Below are positions 12,606 to 25,604 of a stretch of DNA of 64,000 nucleotides, piece by piece. This stretch comes from Chiloscyllium plagiosum (lineage: Eukaryota): contig NW_025215371.1 of assembly GCF_004010195.1 (NCBI RefSeq), forward strand, positions 62,001 through 126,000, written 5' to 3'. The position numbers and the translations under genes were made by a program. Every line of letters begins with the position of its first letter. Position 1 is the first letter of the stretch. The notes beneath the pieces are model-generated. The model saw only the letters and a list, made by a program, of their open reading frames with translations, had not been told where the DNA came from and searched no databases.

Positions 12606-14880
12606 GAGAATGTTGAGATTCTCCCTGGGTCTCCACTTATGCTGACGGAATGGAGAAGGACAATGATCTCCCGACAATGCTGTCCATTCTTCCCGATGGC
12701 TGAGACTGCTCTAACCTGGGCGGCAACTTCAGAGCAGGGAGGCATGATCTAGTGTCATGGGTCTCACAGCCTGGTCCTGGGGAAAGGGGAAGTCCTGCCT
12801 GTGACCGTCCACCCAGGACGACCTCCATGCTCCTGCCAACAATGCGAGTTTGCGGAGGGCAGTAATGTTCCCTGGCCTGCTGCGTGCCGGCTCAATATCC
12901 GGGACTGCGCAGGGTAGGTCCACATTGACTATGCTTGCGTCAGTGCACTATGGACTTTCAAAGATGGTACTGTATCCCGGGATGCTGGGAATTCCAGGCT
13001 CTCCAGTGAGCGGGGAGAGGCTCTCGGAATGTTGAGCTATAAGTGTGCGAAAACCCAACGTGATTCTTACTATGAGGGTTCCAATACCAATTAATGTAGG
13101 GGGTTTGGTGAGGTCTCCTCAGCCTGATGGTGGGAATCTCTCCCCAAGCTCAAATAAACTGGCACTTTGCATAAAAATCACATTAATTAGTGAAATTAAT
13201 CCATAATAACAGAAAGAAATAGAGGACGAATAAGCTATCTGGCCCCTCAAGCCTGCTCCGATATTCTATAAGATCATCGTTAATATTTTCATAGACGCAG
13301 CTCCACTTCCCCGTCCTCTCACCAAAGCTCTTAATTCCCTTAATAGTCCAAAATCTACGTTTGCCTTAAAAACATTCAGAGAATTGGCCTCAACTACACT
13401 AGTTAACAGTGAATTCAACAGATTCAGGTGAAAATGTTCCTCCTCCACTCCGTTCCAAATCTGCTCACCCTCATTTAGTGGCTTTCCCCTTAGCTCCAGT
13501 TTCACCCGCTAGTGAAAACAACTTCCCTGCTTCTATCTTATCTTTTCTCTTCATAGTTTTATGTTTTCATAAGGTCCCCACTCATTCTTCTAAATTCCAA
13601 TGAGTATAGATTCCGTCAACTTAATCTCTCTTCGTTATTCAACCCTCTGGACTCTAGAAACAATATCGTGAAACTCCACTACAGAGCTGATACGTTCTTT
13701 CTCAAGTAAGGAGACCAAATCTGCACACAGTACTCGAAGCGAGGCCTCACCAGCCCCCTTTCGCGCTGCAGAATGACCTCATTGTTTTGAAACTGTATCC
13801 CTTAAACAATGAATAATAATATTCCATTTCCCGTCTTAATTACCTGCAAAAAAAGTCATGTGTGTTATGTACCAGAACAGCCATGTCACTCTGCACGGCA
13901 GGATGCTGCAATTTTTCACAACTTTAAAAATAGTCATTTTACAATTATTTGTAACAAAATGGAGGACCTCATATTTACCAACTGCCATCTGCCATTCCAT
14001 CTGCCTGACTTTGCACACTCACTTAAACTATCTCTATCCCTCTGTAGACGTTCAGTTTCCTCTGCACACTTTTTCTCTACCACTCATTGTCTATTTTTAA
14101 CAATCTTTGTCACGCTCAGAATCATCTCTGCAATACTTTGATCATTTGATAAAAGATCCTTCATTAAAATCATACAGATGTCTTCCTTCATTGGGAGATC
14201 TACCGAACTCATTTTCAGTTTTGTATAATATCCCTAAATATAAAATCTATTCTCACACACCATTGTCACAACTGGATGCGGCATGAGCAACCCCCACCCC
14301 ACCCTACATCTCTCTCACACACACGATCACACACATTCCTTCTCTATACCGCCCCCCTCCCATAATTATATTAATAACACTGCATGGATACAAAACTGTG
14401 GTCTGACTTATTCTGGACATGGCACTATATCCCCCAGCCTACACCAGCACTAACAGCAACGACACTCACTCCCATCCTCACGCACTCCCTCCCTTCTCCC
14501 GTTCCAGGAGAAACAGACTGGAATAGATCTAAAAGGGCCAAGCCGGGTGGTGGAGCGCCCGCAATCAGTTCCCAGAAGCCCTCTCCACCCGCCATGTGGT
14601 GCAGATCCTGGTGTGAGTCAGAGAAGACCAGGACGACTCGTGTAGCGATTCTCTGAACCAGCAATGTTCAGTGAAGAACAATTCTCACATAAAACCCACT
14701 GTTCGTTCTGTTTCCCCGGTACAACTTAGAAGCCGTGGCCATGATGTCATCTCCTTTTTGTGTCGAGGTGTTACAAATGGAATCCCCACGGTCTCGGTGG
14801 GCAGGACGGTGGGCTCACAACACATCGTCTCCACGATCTCCCAGGAAGTGAGCACGGAGGCTCCTTCCTACACCTCCTTT
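12606..14880 (+). mobile_element. Decayed PIF/Harbinger-type Myb/SANT-like gene relic, interrupted by a CR1 fragment
   Basis: After the acceptor cccttctcccgttccag (14506) it reads ETDWNRSKRAKPGGGAP, resembling the conserved EK...N..ER.KTGGG.P; 12610-12805 gives a frameshifted RFS...DGME...PDG...W-like...VS...R....C pattern. Confidence 0.5.
13205..14060 (-). mobile_element. CR1 LINE 3' fragment
   Basis: WQMAVGKYEVLHF, gtaaggagaccaaatctgcacacagtactc, and a 3' tail near 13205. Confidence 0.85.
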
Positions 14881-15636
14881 GAAAAACAGCTCAGATACTG
14901 TAACTAATCTGCGATATTTACTGCTTTCCCCACTAGCCCAGACATCTTCAATAATCTGTGCTCACATACACTCAGGGCCCTCTGTTTCTGTACCCCTTTT
15001 GTAATGGTAAAACCTGTTTTATATTGCCTTTCAATGTCCTTCCTACCAAAGTGCATCATCTCACATTGCTCTCCATTGTCGTAATCTGCCATACACCTGA
15101 ACACTACACCAACGTATCAGTGTCCTGTTAGTGTTCCACGCTGTTCTCCACAACCTTTACAATTCTTGCAGATTTGGTGCCATGTACAAACATTGAGATT
15201 GCCATAAGATGTCACAGTCTCCATCAAATAACAGAAATCATACCACACTCACAATTATTTGCAAATGAAATCTTGATACATTCCCAGAGATTGAGTCAAA
15301 TAATGCCATGGTGTCAATGGAGAAAAATAATACTGACACACACCAGACGGAGTGAATGAAATGTGGAACAAGAGAAATCTGGATCGCCTCCACTTCTCTG
15401 TGTTGATATCAGGAAATTTATGTTATGGTGTTGAAGATGTGCACTGTACCTTTAAGAGAGGGAGAATGCTGTTCTAAACTCCGTTTTTACAGAGCGGCCA
15501 GGAGAGAGGGCGGAGAGAATTGAGGGCTGCTGGAAAGGGAGAACGCAAGAAGCGTTTTGAAAGGGGCAGCAGAGGGAGAGTCCACAGCGACGAGCAGGGG
15601 GCAGCCGGGTATACATTTGGGCAGCTGCTGAGTCCC

Positions 15637-15660
15637 GAGACACTACACGTGTAGTGTCTC
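15637..15660. repeat. Perfect 24-bp palindrome with a central E-box in the CR1 5' UTR
   Basis: GAGACACTACACGTGTAGTGTCTC is its own reverse complement. Confidence 0.9.
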
Positions 15661-15699
15661 CCACCCGCCCTTCTTCTCTAAGCAAAAGCAAGAACTCTC

Positions 15700-16462
15700 A
15701 CTTTTATGATCAGTAAGTGAAGATGACACGAAGATTGGTGGAGTAGCAGAAATCACAGGGGAGTATCAAAGAATACAAGAGAAAATAGATAGACTGGAGA
15801 GTTGGGCGCAGAAGTGGCAGATGGATTTCAAAGCAGGCAAATGTGATGTGATGTATTTTGGGAAGTATAATTCTTGAGCGAACTACACTACAAATGGAAG
15901 AGACGAGGGAAAAGTTGATGAGCAGAGAGACTTGGGATTTGCGGTCCATCGTACCCTGAAGGTGACTGCACAGTTGTGTAGAGTGGTCAAGAAGTCATAT
16001 AGTATACTTGCCTTCATCGGACGGGTTATTGACGGGTTGAGTAGTTTAGGATTGATTGCATTATCAATAAGGAGATTGAGGCGGAACCTGATTGAAGTTT
16101 ACAAAATCATGAGGAGAATAGACAGGGTAGATAGATAAAAGCTTTTTCCAATGTGAGGGATTCAACAACGAGAGGTCACACGTTCAAGGTGAGAGGTGAA
16201 ATGTTTAAGGGGTATACACGTGGTAAGTACTTTACACAGAGGGTGGTAGGTGCCTGGAATGCGTTGCCAACAAATGTAGTCGAGGCGGGCATGGTAGATT
16301 CATTTACGTTGCGTCTGGACAGATGCATGAGGTGGTGGAGAGCAGAAGGATACAGATGTTTCAGAATCGGGCGAGGATGTAGACAGTGGATTTGGATCGT
16401 CTCAAGCTTGGAGAGCCGAAGGGCTCTTGCTGGGCTTAAATTTTCGTTGTTCTTCCTTTGCT
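15700..16462 (+). mobile_element. Nested 5'-truncated CR1 inserted in the 5' UTR of the element above
   Basis: EDDTKIGG...WQMDF, RRLRRNLIEVYKIM, YFTQRVVGAWNALP, and a ttgttctt tail. Confidence 0.9.
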
Positions 16463-19400
16463 CGGGTGTTGCTAAGGTAAGGCATTTCAATTGATTTTTC
16501 TTGTTTATCGTGTGTTTAAGTAACAGTTTACTTTTAGTTAGTAAGTATAATAAGACCAAAGAGAAGTACGAGAAATTATGTTATTCATAAATTTGCATAA
16601 AGTAATTAAATATGGAGAGATGCCTGGAGAGGTGATGTGCTGTAGTGTAGGACGTAGGAGTCTTTTATTCCCATTGTGACGGCAGTGACCACATCTGCAG
16701 CAAATATTGGTTGCTGGAGGAAATCTCGGTCAACGTTGATGATCTGAAATCTGAGCTTCAAACATTGCAGCACATCCGGGACAGGGAGAGTTACCTGGAC
16801 GCTTTGTTTCAGAAGGCAGCTACACCCGGTAGATTAAGTAATTCAAATTTAGTTTGTGATAAGGGACAACACGGGGTGACTGTAGGTGAAGCAGTCGGGG
16901 GATTCCGAATTCAGGAATGGAGGAGCCTCAGCCCTTGACCTTGTTCTACAAATATGAGATTTTTGCTCCTATACAGTTGATGAAAGGGGCAGTAGACAGG
17001 TTGGGCCAGCTGACCACAGCACTGTGGTGCAGAAGTCCATTCAAGACAGAGGCGCAGGGGATTCTTTTATGATGGGGGCAGGTAGTATCCTTTCTGATTT
17101 GGATCGGGAGTCCTGCATGGTGTGTTGCCTGCCCAATCCAAGGGTGCAAGACATCTCCGACCGGCTTGAAAGGATATTGGAGCGGGAGGGACAGAATCCA
17201 GTTATTGTGGCCCACGTTGGCACTAACAACATAGGCAAAGCTAGGAAGGAGTACCCGTTGGGGGATTATCAAAAACTACGAAGGAAATTGAAGAACAGGT
17301 CCTTGATGGTCATAATGTCTGGATTGATGCCCGAACTACCTGCTATTTGTCATAGCGATTAGAAAATTAGGGAAGTAAACACATGGCTAGGAGATTGGTG
17401 CTCGAAAGAGGGATTCAATTTCATGAGACATTGGTATTAGTTTTGGAACCGGGGACAACTGTACTGATGATGTCTACCTGAACCGATCTGGAACCAGTGT
17501 TCTTGCAAAAAGGATAAATAGAGTGGTCACTTAGACTTTAAACCTGTGAGTTCGGGGGAAAGCGAAAGGAAAGGCGACAGGGAGTATAGAGTAAAGTAGA
17601 ACGATCAGCAGCTGGTTAGTGTTTGTGCAGGGTTTAAGTTCAAGACAGACTAGGAATGAAGCAAAAAGGAAGGATAAATTGGGACATGTTACTCGAGATA
17701 TTGGAAATCATGAGGATAAGAAAATTAGCATTAAGATGCATTACCATAATTTTCATAGTATTCATAACAAATCAGATGAATTAACGGCCTAAAATATTGT
17801 GAATTATTATGAAGTGTTAGGTATCACAGGGACATAGTTGCAGAGAATTGAGGTCTGACACTTAAACATCCAAGGGTTTGCAACTTACTGAAATGACTGG
17901 GAGGTGGCCAAAGGGGGCGGGGTTGCCTTGTTATTTAAGAATAAAATCAAATCTCTGACAGTGAAGAACATAGGGTCAGATGATGTGGAGTATGATTCAA
18001 CGGATTTGAGGAATCATAGAGCGTGAAATAGAAAGACCATGCAGGTAAAACAAGTTTACGGTGATCACAGGGAACTTTAATCTGCAGGTGGACTGTGTGA
18101 ATAATGTTGCTGCTGGATCCAAAGAAAGGGAATACATAGAATACTTTCACGAGAGCGTTTTGGAACAGCTTCTGATGGAGCTCACAACGGAACAAGCTAT
18201 TTTGGATTTCGTGCTATGTAATGAGCCAGACTTTATAAAAGATCTTAAAGCAAAGCAACACTTAGGAAGCAGCGAAAACAATATGGTCGATTTCAGTCTA
18301 CAATTTGAAAGAGAGAAGGAAAAATCGGATGTAATGGTGTTACAGTCAAACAAAAGTAATTACAGGGGCATGAGAAAGGAACTGACGAAAATCAACTAGA
18401 AGCAGAGCCTAGCGGGGAAGAAAGTAGAGCAACAATGGCAGGAGTTCCATGGTGTAATTGAGGATACAGTACAGAGCATCATCCGAAAGAAACGAAAGAT
18501 TATCCGAGGGGAAGTAGATAGCCATGGCTGACAAAGGACGTCAGGACATGCATCAAAGAGAAAGAGAAAGCCTATAAAGTGGACAAGAGCAGTGGGAAAT
18601 CTGGAGATTGTGAAGGCTTCAGAAACAAACAGAACATAATAAAGAGAGAAATGAGAAAGAGAGGATCAAGTTTGAAGGTAAGCTAGCCAGTAATATTAGA
18701 AATGATAGTAGAAGTTTCTTTCAACATATAAGAAACAAACGAGAGGCAAAAGTAGAAGTTGGGCTGTGCAAATTGAAACAGGAATGCTCGCGCCTGGAGA
18801 TAAATAAATAGCTGAAGAATTTAATATGTACTTTGCATCAGTCTTCACAGTGGAAAGCTTGGGTAATATCCCAACAATGTAGGAGATTCAGGGGGCAGAG
18901 TTGAGTATGGTAGCCATTACAAAAGGGAAAGTGTTTGAAAATCTAAAGGTTCTAAAGATTGATAAGTATCTGCCCCTGATTGTCTACATCCGAGAGTTCA
19001 GAGGGAAGTGGCTGAAGAAATAGGGGAGACATTAATTGTGACATTTTAAAAGTCACTGGAGTCAGGGAAAGTCTCCGATGATTGGAAAATCGCTATTATA
19101 AACCCCGTGTTCAAGAAAGAATCAAGACCAAAGATGAAAAATCACAAGCAGATTCGCCTAACTTCGGTTGTGAGTAAAATTCTAAAAGCCATTGTTAATG
19201 ATGAGATTTCTAAATTCTTGGAAGTGCAGGGTCAGATTAGAACAAGTCCAACATGGATATAGTAAGGGGAGCTCAGCCCTGGCAAACCTGTTAGAATTAT
19301 TTGACAAAGTAATATGTAGGTTAGACCAGGGAAAGCCAATGGTTGTTATCTATCTGGACTTTTAACAGGCCTTTATGAGATCATAGATTTAAGATGAGGG

Positions 19401-19845
19401 CAAAAAATATAAATGTGATCTAACTGGCAATGTTTTCAGTCAGAGGGTGGGATGTTAATGGAATGAGCTGTCTGGGCGGCAGACTGGACACAGTGTTCCA
19501 GAAGATGCCTCACCAGAGTCCCTTACAACCTCAACATGACGTCCCAATTCTGATATTCACAGGTCTGACCAATGAAGACAAGTGTGCTAAACACCTTCTT
19601 AACACGCTATTTTCACGTGATGCAAATTTTAAAGAATTATACATGACGGTCAAGGTCTCTGTTGTGCAGCACTACCAATTGCCCTACTTTTAATTGTATA
19701 AATCCTGGCCATGATTGTTTTACCAAATTCGATAGCTCACATTAATCCAAATTAAGATCCATCTGCAACTCCTCAGCCCAGTGTGTGATATTACTACCTC
19801 CTCAACCTCCCTCTCCAATTTTAAAATGCCATCCCCCCTCTCCAG

Positions 19846-19906
19846 GAGGCCTGCAAACTCTGGCCTTCATTTTCACAAAGATCCTGAGCTTGGTTTGCCT
19901 TGTGTG
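19846..19906 (+). pseudogene. Candidate 61-bp exon of an unidentified gene (mirror copy 52041-52101, minus strand)
   Basis: atcccccctctccAG acceptor and GTTAGG donor are present in both arms; reads GLQTLAFIFTKILSLVCLV or RPANSGLHFHKDPELGLPCV. Confidence 0.3.
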
Positions 19907-21189
19907 GTTAGGGGGAGGAGGGACATATTGCAGACACAGTCAGTGGGGACGAAAGGCTGGACAGTAATCAGCTGCTTAGTAGCATTTCCTGGTTTTAGGA
20001 AGAGGGCAGTCACACGTTCGAGACTGGAAATAGTGATCAGTGTTCTGGGGCCAGAAATTATGCTCTTTCGTCATTTCTAGTGTTCAGTAATGAATAACTA
20101 TTCGAGACACTTCATTGTGCAGAATATGTCTGCAGGATTTATTTCCCTAATATTTTAGTACTCAGATCTGGTTTACTTCGATGGCATAACATATGCACTC
20201 AACATCCTACAGTTGAGGCAAATACTTTGTGTTTGTTTAACACTGAAAAATATTTCGTGGTGTTAAATAATGTTAAACAGGTTTTAATAAATCCACACTG
20301 AGCTGAAAGCTGTGACCCACATTCTGGGCATGGTTTAAATCTTGTGTAATGGCTTGCGCCCCTGCGTCAGAGCCAGAACTCTGTATTCAATTCCCATTCC
20401 TAAACATGTGTGGTATTCTCCCTAGCTCTAAACCAGACGGTCTCGATTCAAGACCTGTCTGTTGTGGAGGTGTGTCACAGCAAGTCAGAACAGGATCATG
20501 AATAAACGCACAGGAGAACAATATTGCAGTTTTTGGGGTTATTGCTGAGTAGTGGTAGTGTCCCTATCTCCGGGTACAAAGTTCTCATTTCAAATCCCAC
20601 AGAGTGGTTTCATGATATGTCAAAACAAACTGATGGAGAAGGAAGAGATGTCTGTCGCGAATTTCTGAATATAATCTTGGGATGCATTGAATGAGCCATC
20701 AGAGGAAGTCTTGGAGGATGGTTAAATTAATATATTTTAAAGGCATCTGGATGTTGTCAGACCTGCTGAGATTTTCCAGTAATTTCTGTTTTTGTTTTTA
20801 AAAATGCATTCTTTTTAACACAGGTATTCTGAATATCGTAAACAATTGATTTTTAAAAATACGTAGGCACATATAAACACATCTTCAAATCAACTGGGAC
20901 AATTTTCTGCTAAGGAAATGGCTGTGTGTGTGACATCAGCAATGATACATCGACAAAGAGCAGGGAATGTGTTGGAGTTATAGTTCGGACAATGTGCGAG
21001 GAGATCACACATGGAGCAGTTTGGGAGAGGATGACATTATTGTGTGATTCAACTCAAAGAGGAAGAAAATGTAATCTGCCCGAGAAGGAACGGCTATTCC
21101 GCTCTCTCTCCTTCCATGTTACTCATCACAGCAATATATGCGAACTCAAACGAGTCCTCCTCAGTCATCTTGACCACTCTTTTTTTTTA

Positions 21190-21520
21190 ATAGAATACCT
21201 ACAATGTCGAAACAGGCCCTTCGGCCCATCAAGTCCACACCAACGTTCCGAAGAGTAACCTTGCCAGTCACATTCACCTATCCTATATTTATCCATGACT
21301 AATGAACCTAACCTAGGCATTCCTGAACACTATGGGCAATTTAGCATGGCCAATCCATCTAAACTGCACATCTGTGGGTGGAAACCGGAACACCCGGCAG
21401 AAACCCACATAAACACAGGGAGAATTTACAAACTCCACACAGACAGTCGCACGAATTTGGAATCACACCCAGGTCCCTGGCGCTGTGACGCAGAAGTGCC
21501 AACTGAGCCAACGTGCTGCT
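21190..21520 (-). mobile_element. HE1-like V-SINE (tRNA-derived), full length; mirror copy about 49850-50178
   Basis: The mirror copy reads gcagcacgttggctcagttagcac...cagcgccagggacctggg..att, then the V-domain tgtgtggagtttgca..ttctcc..gtg, then the CR1-like tail gggccgaagggtctgtttc. Confidence 0.9.
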
Positions 21521-21800
21521 CTCGTGGAGAATTCTTGAACAGAAGTCATGAGAACCTCCACACTGCCTAAAGTAAAGGGAATCCAGCCACATCCCAATGT
21601 TACAGGAAGAAATCCCACCGCGAACACCTTGTTTGAGCAGAATACCTTCAGAAACAGAATAACTTTTTGGACAATCTCTCAATTTTTCCTTCTGTCCTAA
21701 GTTACACTAATGCTTGAACAAAGGTCTTTCAAGTTAAAATTGCAGAGATTTTGTTTATCGGTTTATCTCTCTTTCTCTTTCTCTCTCTCTCTCTCTGTAG

Positions 21801-21870
21801 AAAGGAAAATATCGATTATATATTTGCAATATCCAAACAATTGGCCATTTGTCTTTCCATCACAGTTTGA
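21801..21870 (+). pseudogene. Candidate 70-bp exon (mirror copy 49516-49585, minus strand)
   Basis: A long (CT)n tract plus TAG acceptor and a weak GTAACA donor; differs between arms at only about one base. Confidence 0.25.
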
Positions 21871-22039
21871 GTAACATTGCTTTGGCTCATTAAGGTGCTG
21901 TTTTTGGAACCTAACTTGTCCTAAAACTGACACTGATGCAGTCTGAGACCTGTATCGTCAACCATATCACCAACCTGTTTACATTTAACCTTTCTTGTGA
22001 GCAGTGGAGGACAAGGACGGGAACAGAAACAGTGACCCA

Positions 22040-23310
22040 AAAAGCCTGGGAACTATATTCTGGTGAGACTGATGACAGTGACGGGTACGTTTCTGGAGAG
22101 GATTCTGGGGGATAAGACTTACTTACATTTGGGAAGGCAAGAGACGATCAGTGGTAGTCAACATGGCTTTCTGCGTGGGAAACCATGGCTCATTGATTTG
22201 ATTGGTTTTGTGAACAGGTGACAAGGAATGTTGATGAAGGCAGTTTGGCAGACATTGTCTAAATGAACATACCATTCCGATTGGTAGATTAACTAGGAAG
22301 GTTAAGTCACATAGGATACAGAGGAGGCTAGTCAGATGGATTCACTATTGGTCTGAAGGTAGGGGGTTACTGGACTGGAGGCTTGTGTCCAGCAGTGTGC
22401 TGCAAGAATCAGTACTGAGTTCACAGCATTTCATCATTGATATCAAGGATTTGGATGTGAATAACACTGGCCTTGTTAGTAAGTTTACAGATGACGGTGG
22501 TGTAGTGTATTATCTCAGAGCACAACGAGACCACAATTAGATGAACTTTTGGAGCAAGGAGTGACAGATGAAGTTTAATTTAGTCAAATATGATTTTTTT
22601 TGCATTTTGGAAAGCCAAATCAGGGCACGAATTATACACTTAATGGTAAGGTCCTGGGGCGTGTTGTGGAACAGAGACTTTGGGCTGCAACTGCATCTTT
22701 CCTTGAAAGTGGATCGCACATAGATAGTATTGTGCAGAATACATTTGGGACACTTGCCTTTATCAGTCAGAGCATTGAGTAGAGGAGTTGGGGGTGTAAT
22801 GTTGCATCTGTGTAGGATGTTGGTGAGGCGACTTTAAAAATACTGCATACAACTCGGTTGACATTAGAAATGATTTACACAGATGTTCCAGGACTTAGGG
22901 TTTGACCTTTAGACAGAAGCTGAATAGGTTAAGGTGTTTGCCCCGGAGTGTCAGGCGCTGAGGATTGACATTATTGAGGTTTATAAAATCATCAAGCGTA
23001 TGGATATTCTGAATTGCTACGGTCTGCTTCCCAGAATAGAGAAGTCCAAACCAAGAAAGCATAGAGTGAAGGCGAGAGGGGAATGATTTTGAGGGGATCT
23101 TAGGGGTATTTTTTTCACACAGCGAGTGGTGTTGGTATGGAAATTGCTGTAATGAAGGCAGTTACAATCGCACATTTAAAAAGTGTATGAAAGAGGAGTG
23201 GCATTGGCAAATTGCTAGCAAATGGAAATGGATCAGATTTGGTTATCTGACCAGAGTGAACAGACTGGACTAACGAGTCTCTTTCCATGCGGCAAGACTC
23301 TATGATCCTG
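22040..23310 (+). mobile_element. Decayed CR1 RT/3' fragment; mirror copy about 47700-49100
   Basis: SQHGFLRGKPWL, KFTDD, HFGKPNQGTNYTLNGKVL, and tail ctctatgatc. Confidence 0.85.
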
Positions 23311-23694
23311 TAAGAGAGATGAGGAGAAGTTCTGAAAGGACTTGTGGAGATGTTTACCATGCCTCTATGTTCACATATATTCAAAGCTGAGTTGGTGAAA
23401 TATTTGACAGAGAGTGAGTCACGATAAGGAGATAGAGACAGATAAGTCGGGCTGAATAGCCACAAACTTAGTACTGGTAGAGATGGCTCAAAGTGTCTAA
23501 TGACCCACTCCTGCTCCTCCCCATACCCCATTATCGATTCAGCCCCTCAAACTTGCTAGACATGAGCAGTTAGAGAGGCCTTTTGCTCCCATAACCTGGT
23601 GCACAGAAAGATGGGAAAGTAACTGAGTCCTTTAAGACTGTCACACACGGTTTCAAGTGATTTGGGAAAAGAAACTGGAAAACCAAGGCTGTGT

Positions 23695-23785
23695 ATGAAC
23701 GAGGCCGCTCATCTCTCTTTCCAGAGACTCCTCCCATTGCTACTTGTGCTTCATTTGTTGGTCATGTTTTGGACACAGATTCAGT
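23695..23785 (+). pseudogene. Candidate signal-peptide or hydrophobic exon of an unidentified gene
   Basis: ATG at 23695 gives MNEAAHLSFQRLLPLLLVLHLLVMFWTQIQ followed by a phase-1 GTGAGT donor; there is also an internal acceptor atctctctttccAG at 23724; both splice sites are kept in the other two copies. Confidence 0.4.
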
Positions 23786-24778
23786 GTGAGTACAACCCCC
23801 ATACCTCACCCAGAGATGGCACACAAATACGCTGGTCTCCCTGACTTCAACACTGAACAACAGAACGTCCAGAAAAATAAAACTCAGTAAATTTCCAATA
23901 ACAGAATGTGAGAATATCAGAAACAAGATCAGGTTTTTCACCACTTCCCTCAATCCTGCCTTGACCATTATGGAGATCATGGCTGATCTGGTCTTGGTCT
24001 CAAATGCTCTTTCATACCCAATTAGTCATAAACCTTAACTCTCAGACAGATCAATATTCATCAGCCTCCTGTTCTATTACTTTCAGTATTCACCTCCGCT
24101 AATATTCTGGAAATTCCTGGCATCTACTCCTATACCATGACCTGTGGTTATGAACAAAAGAGGTGAACGTAAGGTATCAGGTAAGAGGGACTGGTCCTGA
24201 TGTAAAGGCAATGGTTGACTGAGTTTGACGTCAAAGAGTTGAGCAACACTGGATTTAATGGGAATCAGACTAAACCCTCCAGTGGTGGGAGTCAATCATA
24301 ACACAAAGGAAGATGTTTGTACCTTGTAGATGTTCATCATCTCAGTCCTGGATTGCCTCTGTGGGCGATTCGCAGGTAGCTTCCTCTTCACATGCATGTT
24401 TAGCTCCTTCATCAACCGTCCCACCCGTCTCGCCCGTCCCACTCCCCACCCTCCACACGACAAGATCAGAAATAGGGATTGCCCCTGAATATTCCACAAT
24501 GTTCGGATTTTTCCCCTCAGCACCTGACCTAGTCTGTGTCCGTATCCAGCAAGACCCAGACACCATTCTGGATTGTGCTGTTAAAGTGTCTGTAATATTC
24601 ATATAACAGTCCTGCGAGACTATGCATATTGCCACAGTGTAATCAAGAGTTCATTCAGCCTCACGTTGCTTTCACAAATTTGTCAGGAAGCCTTTCAGCG
24701 CATTGACACGATTGGTGAAGAACAGGAATAGCCCATTCAGTGCCTTCAGCCTATTACTCAGGAAAATAAGGAGTCTAG

Positions 24779-25423
24779 TATTATGGACCACACCAGAGCC
24801 CCTCAGAAATATTTTGAGGCGGTAGCCTAGACTCTAACGCTTTCTTACTTTAAAGGAAATGTAAAGTGTCTGTTCCAGATGCAATGTGACTGGTCAAACC
24901 ATTCAGTATTAAGTAAAAAGAAATGTATTTAAACACGACAGAGAGAAAAAAAAAACAATGAAAGAAGATTTTAGAAGAACTTAACTCTATTGGATAACTT
25001 AACAGAATAACAGATCCAGGGATTATTGCCAATTACCTGTTCCATAAGCGAACAGCCCATAAACTCACTCCTTGGCAAAAAGGAAAATTCAATCACCGAT
25101 TGTCTCAAACATTTCTCCAATCCAGGAAGCAAAAAACAACATCAAGTGAAAATTCAAATAGAGTTGTAGCTAGGAGACATTCTCTGAAGCTGCCAACTCT
25201 GTTGTGACCCCAATAGCTTCTGATTTTACTGAGAAACCAGAACACTATAAATCCTAATCTGTGAGATCTGGCCACAACGATTCAGGCTACATTAAAATAA
25301 ACCCAAGGCCTTCCTGGTTGCTTACACAAGTGGTGTTAAGTAGCCAGCTTGGTAATGATGGCTCAATTTCTCCCTGAAAAGAAATCAGAACAAAATAACC
25401 TCTTAAAGCCATAGCATTTTCAC
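24779..25423 (-). mobile_element. Solo LTR (Gypsy type); mirror copy about 45592-46234
   Basis: Bounded by TATTATGGAC (reverse complement of a CATAA[C/T]A LTR end) and TTCACA; no flanking gag. Confidence 0.6.
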
Positions 25424-25604
25424 ACGAATCGGCACATCCAGCTGTTGAACAGGAACCAGAAGTAACCCTATCAAGCCCTAGGCCCTGTCCAATCGGAAGT
25501 GGAAGAAGCCATTCAGCCCCTTGAATCACTTGCACAGGAACAGCCGGAGGCCAATCAGCCATTCAATTCACTAACCCAGGGACAGAATGAGGTAATAGAT
25601 GCCG

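Larger units (their letters stand above)
15445..19375 (+). mobile_element. CR1 LINE with 5' UTR, ORF1 (Cys finger plus SGNH esterase) and ORF2 endonuclease/partial RT; 3' end deleted
   Basis: HICSKYW zinc-finger relic; VCCLPNPRVQDISDRLERILE..HVGTNNIG; ITGNFNL..AILDFVLCNE..HLGSS; RT motifs stop abruptly at about 19375. Confidence 0.9.

Noticed and set aside
12948..13036. Minus-strand terminal-exon-like reading ...GIPSIPGYSTIFESP* with a tyrosine motif, similar to APEYSTVF at about 46500
   Set aside because: Short, lies antisense within the probable Harbinger relic, and has no linked upstream exons; presence in both arms is explained by the duplication.
24633..24670. CACAGTG heptamers (also near 18845 and 34538) as V(D)J recombination signals
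   Set aside because: No nonamer at 12 or 23 bp spacing and no V or J segments nearby.
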